Shown here: positions 48,101-54,403 of the stretch, piece by piece
Numbering within the stretch: position 1 is the first letter of the stretch
Layout: each line of letters begins with the position of its first letter
Position numbers and translations under genes: made by a program
DNA from: a virus
Taxonomy: Duplodnaviria; Caudoviricetes
Virus record (IMG/VR): IMGVR_UViG_3300013114_000124
Location: 1 to 54,403 of that record
Strand: one strand, 5' to 3'
Length of the DNA stretch: 54,403 bases
The notes under the pieces: generated by a model
Database searches by the model: none
What the model was told of the DNA's origin: nothing
What the model saw: only the letters and a program-made list of their open reading frames with translations

Positions 48101-48352
48101 CAAATGAAGAGGTTGGCTAACGTGTATAAAGAAATGGTAGCTAACCCTAAGATAGACCCTAACGTAGCTGATTTAAAATACAGAGACGATAAGGAGAGAG
48201 CTTTAATACTGACTGAAATCTTTGGAGAAGAGTTACTTAAAAAAGATACTTTTGCTAAAGATGAGAAGAAGTTATATGAAGAGCTTCTGAAGAATAAGAT
48301 ACTCAATAAAGGAACTATGTATGAGTACTTGAAGTTAATAGATAAACTATAA
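39101..48352 (+). CDS. Giant internal virion protein (large polyvalent protein), 3083 aa
   Basis: Last gene of the virion module; TPLHELAH (HExxH); IEEFQSDW; C-terminal NPAFFLTNFPRD, DFSQGG and PYLNAGIQG motifs resembling LPD38-type domains. Confidence 0.75.
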   Translation: MNEEYLKGLHGHLGITDDYSTWVNAVQGDEEYLKGLHGHLGITDDYQTWASAVWGKTTADSMESRLDSVVQFSQSESEETNQEQEVTTSEETETFDTSFPEDMISQSKTENVIPSGDGTLVIGGEEISVEDMEISELYDAYKQAGYISQADVSEVEATIEAQAKGDFSTVETIKAYANTLMKYGPASGMHSPIFDYMDRDEALFARQQKNKVDFLNALPEDKVTELKEYAFNRTEQISADNLNVFAQNKLLESKIKTVVSDLEQMSLSMEKIKEDGGVLPKEAADEYLKAYKEAVSLQTTYKENTNILESNTEDLGETWEELDLLKRNYGGLDYYQEKLRLSAAHIAGGLVQLQAMAGNPATLTPDVELMYTMQKYREQVAADEDMLRPAMSVEQINGLEDFGMWAGEQIANQLPILLTLTATGGTSGLVLLSSSTAGSKAGEMTDSNVKGETNFSAGNILLTSIGHGAAEYLSERVSLGILSKGNRVIKSALKGKKPGAKIPTPEYSSIRTGVSNYAKKTWGAAWQEGSSEWANTLAQNMLDIAAGAEDVNPFDGALDAFASGAFMGKAMQTVPSVVGMAIRPFTRKEISKKIKSNLEDLEALAYMLETQDLSEASQNIVKRKMQNIMTQSESMINETLGETSKVGSKGLQRILEIEKRAGILRKSVKEIENSDLPTETKTQIKAEAKAEVDALRKEKENILDGSKQDGEKSRVQQELEAAIQGGVEVEQGGKGTAEVQGENAEARDTDTDSEGVRTDKQGDTKLDDGKATQTTAAKPETVDVEPLKKRKRQLEEELVDIEDDATAEKMEAEIEQLNTQISEASKVATPVVDNSAKIQAKDDATNQDVTDEVSNIQTKLQEAGKQKELDTLGDKYFKILEDQAKKEESGQELDRYDKARKTRAFNKIAKLGKELGIDPMYYLENKGALPKESAPKKAAPKKAAPKKAAPKKAAPKKPAAEKIIESFEKHVKSKGVTWKSMFAMEGEVYNELYDMISNKEITEEEYEAFKRRLNKAKDNVETKIAENQYGKGSLMHKLSQEIQKLYKKHKDTKVKLEKEIDDVVDKIYSLNRQSLDVDNMSERLKELDTLNKKRESLQAKIDEAERKYQDATNTFDAIEGTISAYGAIAEGVDPRITILKKLEGFIKEFESTKNPTEQEKRFNAHNVEERNSIKNNLKDFPTKVPYKKKSLTQEDIESAFDLNPEQSEAAAIVSDIMIENMAAIEGISVEEMRKKIEFKKSNVAPDGSLKQDAESNVQPFYSLIGKAMSKLAKLQPSTPQVWVKKIVEEGGRGTKSESDLVKLETTLREYLEITNALKINKGKPKKTISYSEVLGVISETSNVDIRVIVKRSLTKPQLEAEERLWKRDGELEDKVEKLDEKIKKLKSELSESEMYTNPELAELTAQRAKAIVEVRKLFSHLKELNDQNVVYSSDSQYVLQGPEGGGRTEVIIALPYLDFKVMNEEHFQGVEDSIVGWTRNSVRVNPATNSKVLLIEEFQSDWAQNQRKYGVKGGPKQRELQRRESKYQKSAQYLETLVENYNDFLKKTFGQFAALRGYEKTFYGFLQKPLSPSDPMYTNFGFNHSFVANGLALPETMEFLAKVSEMQGRPATAKKLREAAKEAEYKISEMIGAQEMLNEDYIAIAEHMDYDSYFGKGAVAAHAEDIKEYTEFLKNMLSVGNLFSNVLTKIDPDFKDLAPNAIRIIYNNVTSIGALENFDSEVQRDGIQEGLAEMFEKEGFPNLKTHLDEVVSEVYNIIGAPIVSGIVTEYLEGTESNFMMFKERVYNPVEMPNPYAKNNAWIGLTFRKTLQMAIEQGLDQVAWTTGQQQSARWGQLEGKEKQGIEYFYNNMIPKEVLKEAKRYDKNAKVEVIDLDPSNKDNNLAVGKQLAITITPAMRMAIREGGVPLFQNGQSPQGAMSVKNGKYIVHAITNPNVTTPLHELAHVYEDYLTPEERQVVLGFAGKTQWDKETSEKFARGAEKYLSKGTVPNNPQLAEIFSKFKDWLTDIYNGITDSSIDIELNPAMEAIYEKMFTPQNKNRNVNKEVRKMLSEGKTAKEIFAEFTSKSERMQAKNILKRLIAQPKTPEEALKAARKSYNKAKAKAKAKKPKNIWKETIFNLAKYFTDKQYLPKRMLKKAGGDLVRDYMVASKGSPGYAKRLFDKAYNKIYRGLTKEQIDDLNKIILQRRFIAIDKNRAKRGLDPVTHSDFQNQETAELTLEGLREELGDKEFNELNKRATAYFSEFKNLLDMIEKAGIVNKEFRDSFFDVDYQPRLFLQFLQTQEQENSIQEMGAPTSTSLTSKQVQTMEKGSDEALVVDSMYLLGRSLNMRAKTVAMNRTTTKLAEFMKERLDYIKKTKKSISEGKLKGKELKKAKKDIKYFEELQRRVKLNPIIGFTESGNPKYKFKPEPGERIVSYYVNGVKHQMIMEETFYDQYNDNLKGVFTNSDVREKAAVLSGTALVKTIATGNNPAFFLTNFPRDLFFVASFSKEYGRRNGGVFGAYNPLSAISVLWDFGKSVYEIAAANNTKFKWLKDNGSFEKFVEYGGMLDFLHTQGEYKGTKGLKGLYNDKVGNRTKETLSLVGDALSLKPLQTYSEIGFRLAVFNKSLANSLRLSEYKDMKDVPADVLEEWYISAVASARSLTDFSQGGIYAKDLDAVVPYLNAGIQGTRSAVDAIAESPSDTLYRMLTTGFTLTAIPVAASAHLIAGANWGDDDEDMKGLSAGGQYLKALEGVSRYDRINYQIIFTGDKDERGEYKYVRIAKPHFVTPASILAHHLLEEYIRQDNNLSPAGEQKLIEDLSFAFEKNISPVEFNILGNTARTPLLKAALTYALGYDFYREQPLSYQKGKVAPEAEGFESRGVEDFYKAIGEYQQMSPARLKGAIESLITTPSTSAYVALAYGGADALFADKDLKGPAEIMGEALKKSVSGRLLKTTSEFNRRVDWDKRLKNEIVAKDVKNLKDRYRLKELAIQERDGKVTRGEVMDYLKKIGNDNLMQMKRLANVYKEMVANPKIDPNVADLKYRDDKERALILTEIFGEELLKKDTFAKDEKKLYEELLKNKILNKGTMYEYLKLIDKL
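39105..39260 (+). repeat. 81-bp-period tandem duplication in the giant gene (EEYLKGLHGHLGITDDYxTW x2)
   Basis: Near-identical DNA starting at 39105 and 39186. Confidence 0.9.
41900..41971 (+). repeat. 15-bp tandem repeat x5 encoding (A)APKK
   Basis: GCACCTAAGAAAGCA units. Confidence 0.9.
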
Positions 48353-48380
48353 AAAAAGGGGGGCGAAAGCCCCCTCTTTA
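48351..48380. terminator. Bidirectional terminator between the convergent genome halves
   Basis: A7-GGGGGGC-GAAA-GCCCCCTCTTT. Confidence 0.85.
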
Positions 48381-48455
48381 ATTAAAGTACGTTGTACAAA
48401 ATAGTTAAAACAGTTACATAAAAAACTGTGTTAGCTAATAAACATTTTATCTTTT

Positions 48456-49091
48456 TCATAATTCTTGATTAATTAAATTAAATACTCTGTAGTAATCGCT
48501 GATTGACTCAGCTGTTTTCTTAACTACATTTTTTATCTTTTCTACATTCTCTTTAGAGATATCTTGGGGAATCTTTTCTACCTTTGTACCTAATACAAGT
48601 TTCTCCCCCCTAAAAGCATTGCCGTCTCTCTCAATAAGCTCTACCCAAGCGTTCTCAGGAAGTTTGCCTGTTTCTTGCTCAATAGCTGCGGCATAAATAC
48701 CTAATTGGTTATATTCTTCGTCTTCATAGACCGCTACCTTATTCATAGCTCCAGTCTTATAGTCAATAAGGGTTTTACAGTCCTTATCGTTAGTGTCTAT
48801 AAAACCTAGAACATAAAAGTCAACAAAATCTAATTTGATTTCTCTCTCAAACTCATCTAAACGAGTTACTTTGTTTAGCACCTTCTTTTCTTTGGCGCTA
48901 AATTCGCTGAAGTCTCCTCTCTCAAGTGCCTCTCCGATAAGGGAGCCGAATTCTGTGTAAGCATTGCCTTCAAACCTCTCACCGAAAAAGTAAGAGAGAA
49001 TGTAATCCTTCTTTGAATCCTTCCACTTGGATACTTGACTGTATGATAAATAGTTTACACCTTTATCATCTTTCCTTGGTAAATCTATCAT
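48456..49091 (-). CDS. PD-(D/E)XK nuclease family protein
   Basis: LSYSQ, FG..I..ALE, E, GFID, IDYKTG and QL.IY motifs. Confidence 0.85.
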   Translation of the reverse strand: MIDLPRKDDKGVNYLSYSQVSKWKDSKKDYILSYFFGERFEGNAYTEFGSLIGEALERGDFSEFSAKEKKVLNKVTRLDEFEREIKLDFVDFYVLGFIDTNDKDCKTLIDYKTGAMNKVAVYEDEEYNQLGIYAAAIEQETGKLPENAWVELIERDGNAFRGEKLVLGTKVEKIPQDISKENVEKIKNVVKKTAESISDYYRVFNLINQEL

Positions 49092-49267
49092 ATTAAATAT
49101 GCTGCTAATAAGATTAGTGTTATTTTAAATACAGATACTCCTATTATGATTACTGCCGTAAAATTATCTATGAACTCTTTGTAATTAATGTACCTAAGCT
49201 CAAGGTTCTTTATTTCCCATAGTATTAATACTAATACTGCTACTGTGTGTATAATTAAGTCTAACAT
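49088..49267 (-). CDS. Small membrane protein, 59 aa (MLDLIIHTVAVLVLILWEIK...)
   Basis: Translated by hand; overlaps the stop/start of both neighbours. Confidence 0.6.
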   Translation of the reverse strand: MLDLIIHTVAVLVLILWEIKNLELRYINYKEFIDNFTAVIIIGVSVFKITLILLAAYLI

Positions 49268-50166
49268 AATTCTTTAATGTGTTTTTTAGTTATTTTTGTT
49301 ACTTTTCCTTTTGCTCTTGAGGGTATTGTGTTTAATATCTCAATAGCTTTCTTCTTGTCCTCAGGGCTCAGACTAGATAAAATATCTTGGAGTTTTTGCT
49401 TAACACTTTTTGTGTAATCTCCTCCGTCCCTCAAATAAGTAAGTATTTTTTCAGTAGGCTCAGTATAAGATGTAGCGCTTCTGAAACTTTCTAAAGGTTT
49501 CTCGTACCTAAGCTTTCTGAAAAGGTTTACCGTAGCGAAGACATCTTTCTCACAATAAGAAACAATCTTATCTATGCCTCCTTCGTAGAATACTCTGCTT
49601 ACATCTGCTCCCGAAATGTCGTCCTTTGGAGAAGGTAATCCTAAAGCAGCTATAACAGATGCTAGTGACTGCTTTTTCCAAGCAGTACCTTTCCATAGGA
49701 GGGCTGTATCAAACACAGAAGTCTCCCAAGGTTTTAAGTGAGCAGTATCAAACAATAAGTGTAGTTGAACACCATTAGCCATACACCTTCTCATGATGTA
49801 AGGCATATCAAAGTCTAATATATTGTGGCCACATAACCAAGTCTTATTATTCGCGAACTTACTTATAGAGTCGTTAAACTCTTCTAGTAAAACTTTCTCA
49901 TCTTCGTTACTAAAACTTTTGATGATAAGTTCTCCACCTCTAACTGCTCCTATAGATATCGTAACAATTCTACCGTACTCTGCGTAGAGAGGGGCAGTCT
50001 TGTTATAAAGCTCTATAAGCTCAGAAGAATCTTCTACGTTACGTAGATGGTCGTATGCCCACGCGTCGTATAACTCGTGATTCTCATCAAAGTTATTAGT
50101 TGCCGCAGCAGTCTCAACATCAAAGAATAATATATCTTCTATGTTCTGTTTAATCAATAGTCTCAT
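49261..50166 (-). CDS. 3'-5' exonuclease (PolB exonuclease-like, DEDDy)
   Basis: FFDVET, GHNILDFDMPY, YCEKDV. Confidence 0.85.
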   Translation of the reverse strand: MRLLIKQNIEDILFFDVETAAATNNFDENHELYDAWAYDHLRNVEDSSELIELYNKTAPLYAEYGRIVTISIGAVRGGELIIKSFSNEDEKVLLEEFNDSISKFANNKTWLCGHNILDFDMPYIMRRCMANGVQLHLLFDTAHLKPWETSVFDTALLWKGTAWKKQSLASVIAALGLPSPKDDISGADVSRVFYEGGIDKIVSYCEKDVFATVNLFRKLRYEKPLESFRSATSYTEPTEKILTYLRDGGDYTKSVKQKLQDILSSLSPEDKKKAIEILNTIPSRAKGKVTKITKKHIKELC

Positions 50167-50485
50167 AATCTCTATATTTGTTTAAAGTGTACTCATTAAG
50201 AGTAACGTATCTATTATCATCGGGAACTATAGCCCTAGCTAGTAGCTCAGCAGAATCTCTGAACTGCTCTATATAAAAGTTTATAGCTCTTTCGTGAGAG
50301 GCGTCGTAATTAATTGTGAAAGGTCTTACGTACTTAAGTCCGTCGTCATCCTTACACTGTAATATAGTTGATATGCCTACTCTTGTCCAACTCCCTTCTG
50401 AAGGAGTTACTGTTAAAGCTATAGAGGGGTATATAACCCCCCTTAGCTCATTCAACCTTTTAATAGTTTTCTCTCTTCTATCCAT
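50150..50485 (-). CDS. Hypothetical protein
   Basis: ORF packed in the leftward operon. Confidence 0.65.
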   Translation of the reverse strand: MDRREKTIKRLNELRGVIYPSIALTVTPSEGSWTRVGISTILQCKDDDGLKYVRPFTINYDASHERAINFYIEQFRDSAELLARAIVPDDNRYVTLNEYTLNKYRDYETID

Positions 50486-50490
50486 AACTA

Positions 50491-52053
50491 TTAGTTTCTA
50501 GCTACAACTGCGTCAGTGGTCAAAAACGCACCTGCAACAGATACAGCGTTAGTTAGCGCAGATTTTGTAACCTTCTTAGGGTCAACTATACCTGCTTCAA
50601 TCATGTCTACAAGTTCTCCTGTATTAACATCGATACCTTCTGTAGGTTTAGCAAAACTCATTAAGTCCGTGCTATCTATACCCGCATTAGCTAATATCTG
50701 CTCAAACGGAGCGCTAAGAGACTCTAACAACATAACGTAACCTTTAACGAAAGATTCGCTATTTTTAGTAGGGACTTCTCTTAGTAAGTTAAGAGAAATA
50801 TCTAGTAGTGTTACACCACCACCGGCAACGATACCTTCTTCAAGGGCCGCTCTAGTAGCGTTGATACCATCTTCAATTCTATCTCTCTTCTCGATAAGCT
50901 CGCTATCTGATGAAGCACCGATATGAAGAGTTGCAACTCCTCCGCTGATTCTAGATAAACGCTCTTGCAAGTCTTTACGCTCTATGTCGTTGTTCTCAGC
51001 TTTAATTCTAACTTTAAGCTCTTCGATAGTTTCTGTCAAGTTGCCTTGATTACCGATAAGAATACTGCTACTTACATCAGCTATAAACTTATCCACTCTG
51101 CCTAAGGCTTCAGCTCCTAAAGAAACACCTGTCTCAGACGCTACAATCTTAGCTCCTGATAGCTTAGCTACGTCTGATAGAATGTCAGAGTTAATTTTAA
51201 GAATCTGAGGAGTTCTCACTACACAAATCTTACCTCGTATAGCTCCGCTATCTACGTTACTACGTATTGTAGAGAATACAAAAGGGTCGATGTCGTCACA
51301 AATAATCACTAAAGAGTTATGAGGATTGTCCGCGCTCCATACTGCGTTAAACATTTCTACTAAGTTATCTCCTCTCTCTATCTTACCTTTGTAAAGTAAT
51401 AAGTAAGGATTCTCAAGGGCACACTCATATTTGATAGGGTCTGTAACAAAGATAGGGTCTATAAAACCATTATCTAATTGTATACCTTGACCTACTTCGA
51501 TAGTAGTCTCCCTAGTGTCAGATGGCTTAGTGATAACTAAACCGTGCTCACCAATCTTAGAGAAAGCTTCTGCTATTAAGTTACCTAAATCTTTATCTCC
51601 GTTAACAGATATAGTGGTAACATCTGAAAGGTTATCATTAGAAACTTGTATAGCTCTTGAGTCTAACTCAGCTAAAACATCCTCTAAAGCTGCGTCCATA
51701 CCTCGTTTGAGTTGTATGGCTGAGGCTCCTTCTTCTAATGCTTGCAACCCTGCGTTGAAAATACTCTGAACAAGTACAGAGGCTGTAGTTGTGCCGTCAC
51801 CTGCTTTAGTGTTTGTTCTACCTGAAGCCTCCTTAACTATAGATGCCCCAATCTCCTTGAAACGACCTACAGGGTCGATACTTCTTGCAATAGATACTCC
51901 GTCCTTAGTGGTGATGTATCCGCCCTCTCCTACAGGTATGATTACTGTCCTACCTTCGGCTCCCATAGAAACTTTCACTGTGTCAGCTACTTCGTCTACT
52001 CCTTTTTTTAATTCTTGTCTCGCGTCGTCAGCGAATTTAATTACTGTTTTCAT
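50491..52053 (-). CDS. groEL: Chaperonin GroEL (phage-encoded)
   Basis: TKDGVSIA, AGDGTTTA, ERLSRISGGVA, EEGIVAGGG, GIVDPKKV. Confidence 0.97.
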   Translation of the reverse strand: MKTVIKFADDARQELKKGVDEVADTVKVSMGAEGRTVIIPVGEGGYITTKDGVSIARSIDPVGRFKEIGASIVKEASGRTNTKAGDGTTTASVLVQSIFNAGLQALEEGASAIQLKRGMDAALEDVLAELDSRAIQVSNDNLSDVTTISVNGDKDLGNLIAEAFSKIGEHGLVITKPSDTRETTIEVGQGIQLDNGFIDPIFVTDPIKYECALENPYLLLYKGKIERGDNLVEMFNAVWSADNPHNSLVIICDDIDPFVFSTIRSNVDSGAIRGKICVVRTPQILKINSDILSDVAKLSGAKIVASETGVSLGAEALGRVDKFIADVSSSILIGNQGNLTETIEELKVRIKAENNDIERKDLQERLSRISGGVATLHIGASSDSELIEKRDRIEDGINATRAALEEGIVAGGGVTLLDISLNLLREVPTKNSESFVKGYVMLLESLSAPFEQILANAGIDSTDLMSFAKPTEGIDVNTGELVDMIEAGIVDPKKVTKSALTNAVSVAGAFLTTDAVVARN

Positions 52054-52055
52054 AC

Positions 52056-52325
52056 TTAATCTAAAATTGCTATTATATTACCTGCTTGAATTATGAAATG
52101 GTCTTCGCCATTATGTTTACATTTCCCCGGCTCTCTAGGCTCTAAGTAGTGGACAAAATCGCCTGGTTCAGTCACATCTACTTTCTCTCCCACTAAAACA
52201 ACTTCCGCTACGGGAAGGCTTAGTCCGTCATCTTTAATCTCTAGACCTCCTTCGGTCTTAATGGTGCCTGCTAATCTTTTTAGCAACACTCTTCCGTTAA
52301 CTACTTTGGTTACGTTCTTACTCAT
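52056..52325 (-). CDS. groES: Co-chaperonin GroES
   Basis: RVLLK...KTEGGL...VVLVG...PGD.V...IIAI; immediately upstream of groEL. Confidence 0.85.
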   Translation of the reverse strand: MSKNVTKVVNGRVLLKRLAGTIKTEGGLEIKDDGLSLPVAEVVLVGEKVDVTEPGDFVHYLEPREPGKCKHNGEDHFIIQAGNIIAILD

Positions 52326-53277
52326 TTTCTGATTTCCATTTTAAATATGATGAATTTGACATTTTAAATTGTACTTGGTCGTCTAAACAAATCATGTGTC
52401 TTTGGATAGTACCTGCAGGAGTTACAGAAAGGTTTCCGTTAAACTCTCTTATGTTACTTCCTCCACAATTAGGGCAAGTATGTTTACCTAAACCTTTGTG
52501 GACACCTAAATGTGTCTTGTGACCCATATACTTTCTCATCTCTAAGTATAACTCCTCTGTAGAAACAATGTCTCCTACATTGTAGTCTATCATCTTCTGT
52601 AAGTACTCTTCCTTCTCTTCGTCTGTACCGAATTGAATCTTATCCCACATAGTTATACCTTCGTGACTTTGCTTAACAGTTACTCCTAAATACTCAGATA
52701 AGTAAGCCATTGAGTAGCTAGGGATTCTGAATAACTTCTTAGCTTGCTTCATAACGTCAAAAGACTTTATGTGTAAGTTGACAGTCAGTTTATACTTAGC
52801 TGCTCTAGCGTTAATCCACTTGTTATCAAACTTATCGTTATTGTATCCGATAACCATGTCAGCGGTATTATAAACCTGCAAGAAATCTCTCATGAGTTGC
52901 TCATCAGATTGGTCTTTATCCCAAGCTATAGAGTAAACTTTGTCTTCTCCTAGCCACTTATAAGATACCGTTATGATACGAGGCTCTTCTTGTAGTTGGG
53001 TGTGGTTTATATAAGTTTTACCTGACCAAAATACCATAGCAGGTACTCTGCAAGTTTCTAAGTCGTAAACTAAAACCCTAAACTTGTGCTCGTTACCAAT
53101 TTGTGTATTAAGACCTAAAGCTTTAGCCCAATTCCTAATACTTCTTCTAGTAACTCCGAAGTGCTCAGCTAGTTCTTTTTGTATATCTGACATTAGAACG
53201 CCTTGGCTCTTTGTCTCATACTTTCTGCTTATTAACTCCTTATCTTTAAGGGTTAGTGTACTATACGATGTCTCCAT
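52318..53277 (-). CDS. HTH plus DnaQ/RNase H-like exonuclease with C-terminal CxxC
   Basis: N-terminal ELAEHFGVTRRSIRNW HTH; YDLET, GYNNDKFD, YNVGDI; CPNCG. Confidence 0.8.
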   Translation of the reverse strand: METSYSTLTLKDKELISRKYETKSQGVLMSDIQKELAEHFGVTRRSIRNWAKALGLNTQIGNEHKFRVLVYDLETCRVPAMVFWSGKTYINHTQLQEEPRIITVSYKWLGEDKVYSIAWDKDQSDEQLMRDFLQVYNTADMVIGYNNDKFDNKWINARAAKYKLTVNLHIKSFDVMKQAKKLFRIPSYSMAYLSEYLGVTVKQSHEGITMWDKIQFGTDEEKEEYLQKMIDYNVGDIVSTEELYLEMRKYMGHKTHLGVHKGLGKHTCPNCGGSNIREFNGNLSVTPAGTIQRHMICLDDQVQFKMSNSSYLKWKSENE

Positions 53278-53470
53278 GTACTAATTGCTCTTTTAACATA
53301 TTAAGTTTGCTCCTTACGTCCTCTATGAACTGAATGCATGATTCTTTGTCTCTGTCTACTAAAGAATCCGATAAGTCTGCGACATCATCTTGAATGTCAT
53401 TTATTTGGCTATTAATAACCTTAAGCCTTCTGCTATCTAAAGACTCTCTATTCTCTTTTTTGTTGCTCAT
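53261..53470 (-). CDS. Hypothetical coiled-coil protein
   Basis: ORF track; packed in the operon. Confidence 0.65.
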   Translation of the reverse strand: MSNKKENRESLDSRRLKVINSQINDIQDDVADLSDSLVDRDKESCIQFIEDVRSKLNMLKEQLVHGDIV

Positions 53471-53474
53471 GATT

Positions 53475-53627
53475 TTAAATTAAGTTTGTTACGTACAATA
53501 AATGTTTGAAATTTGTATCCATATTATTTAGGATAATCTTTCTGTGTTCAGTCTCTAATTCGTCTAGCGCATATGCCTTTGATATCGCTGACTCTTCTAC
53601 AACTTGTTCGAAAGTTTTTCTACTCAT
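53475..53627 (-). CDS. Hypothetical protein, 50 aa (MSRKTFEQVVEESAISKAYALDELETEH...)
   Basis: Translated by hand; fills the gap and overlaps the upstream stop. Confidence 0.55.
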   Translation of the reverse strand: MSRKTFEQVVEESAISKAYALDELETEHRKIILNNMDTNFKHLLYVTNLI

Positions 53628-54078
53628 TAAGTGTTTTTATTAATTCTACTACTTTATCACAATCTGCCTGCCTTCTAGGTACAAACAGAACTGTGTCGTG
53701 GCCCTCCTTCACTATCAGCTTCTTAAAAAGCTTCCATGTTCTTGAGAAGTCAGGCATTGCTCGACCTTTAGTTTCTATAACCCAACTAAGGGGCTTACCT
53801 TTTGGAGGAGTGAAGTCAGGAGTGTAAACCATATCTGCGTAAGACTTGTTACCCCTGTCTTTGAAATCACCCTTGCCATTTAAGAATCTCTCGTAAGACT
53901 TGCCGTCGTATTTGAAACCTTCTATGATAACAAAGCTCTGTCCTTCGTATTCGAATTTAATCTTCTCTTTTTTAAGAGCCTTATACATATAAAGCTCCAA
54001 ACTAGATTTAAACTCTATTCCGTTAAACGTAACCTTCTTAGAGTTCACAGGTTTCCGACGTCTTTTTTTTCTACTCAT
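53620..54078 (-). CDS. T7 endonuclease I-like Holliday junction resolvase / PD-(D/E)XK endonuclease
   Basis: FKSSLE...FEYE...YTPDF...IETKG. Confidence 0.85.
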   Translation of the reverse strand: MSRKKRRRKPVNSKKVTFNGIEFKSSLELYMYKALKKEKIKFEYEGQSFVIIEGFKYDGKSYERFLNGKGDFKDRGNKSYADMVYTPDFTPPKGKPLSWVIETKGRAMPDFSRTWKLFKKLIVKEGHDTVLFVPRRQADCDKVVELIKTLNE

Positions 54079-54385
54079 CTACACTAACTTCTATTTTTAA
54101 TAGTTCAGCTTTCAAGCAGTTGTCTAAGTGCCTCTCTGTCGAATTGAAACTTTGGCTACTTGTAAGTCTAAATAACTTTTTGACTAGTCGACCTAAATCT
54201 TCATCTCTGATTCTCTCGTCTTCAGTCTCTTGGCTAGTTAAACCTGTGTCTAGCACAACTTTAAGTCTGCGAACTATGCTGTTATAAACGAATCTAAAAT
54301 GGGCGTTCCATTCGACTCTCTTTCTTGCTCTCTTAAGATATGTATATAAACAAGCTCTAGTCTTCTTGTAACCTCGCTCTGTCAT
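54071..54385 (-). CDS. Hypothetical protein
   Basis: ORF track; overlaps the next start. Confidence 0.6.
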   Translation of the reverse strand: MTERGYKKTRACLYTYLKRARKRVEWNAHFRFVYNSIVRRLKVVLDTGLTSQETEDERIRDEDLGRLVKKLFRLTSSQSFNSTERHLDNCLKAELLKIEVSVDE

Positions 54386-54403
54386 AAACTTGTATATACC
54401 TTT

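Noticed and set aside
39101-48352. crAss-type virion RNA polymerase
   Set aside because: No DxDxD catalytic motif noticed; the motifs fit large polyvalent proteins better
50491-52325. Host chromosomal groES-groEL indicating bacterial contamination
   Set aside because: The sequence is divergent, lacks the GGM tail, and is tightly packed among phage nuclease genes
8701-53827. Short antisense or nested ORFs in the track (e.g. 8701, 9007, 14790, 15102, 19279, 34206, 41163-42874, 46402, 50516, 51791, 53573)
   Set aside because: They overlap long, well-supported genes or promoter regions and look like shadow frames

Overview
This window is a fragment of a tailed dsDNA phage genome, most likely a podovirus of Bacteroidota (Flavobacteriia-type). 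The host call rests on the many TAnnTTTG-type -7 promoter boxes, AT-rich leaders without Shine-Dalgarno sites, and a gene order like crAss-like or Cellulophaga phi38:1-like phages. Layout: (i) 1-2350 is a leftward early-type unit with a ~700-nt ORF-poor structured leader, a Rho_N/HeH-domain gene, small genes, and two 80-nt tRNA-like elements whose anticodon arms are 8 nt too long. (ii) 2368-3671 is a non-coding array of about 28 palindromic TAA-N5-TGA-N3-TCA-N5-TTA sites. (iii) 3.8-13.7 kb holds accessory genes: basic protein, metzincin protease, a serine recombinase between two divergent paralogues, glycosyltransferase, RyR-domain protein, and candidate small RNAs. (iv) 13.7-48.4 kb is a rightward morphogenesis module: tail fibres, lysis genes, GroES-like protein, terminase, portal, scaffold, major capsid, ring and muzzle proteins, and ejection proteins including a 3083-aa polyvalent protein. 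(v) 48.4-54.4 kb is leftward and encodes nucleases, GroEL/GroES and an endonuclease I-like resolvase. The best candidate for a new system is the left-end RNA/DNA control region. One tRNA-like loop is perfectly complementary (12 nt) to the loop of a promoter-driven mini-hairpin 4.8 kb away, and these elements lie near the long structured leader and the palindrome array. All calls come from reading motifs by eye; no searches were run.
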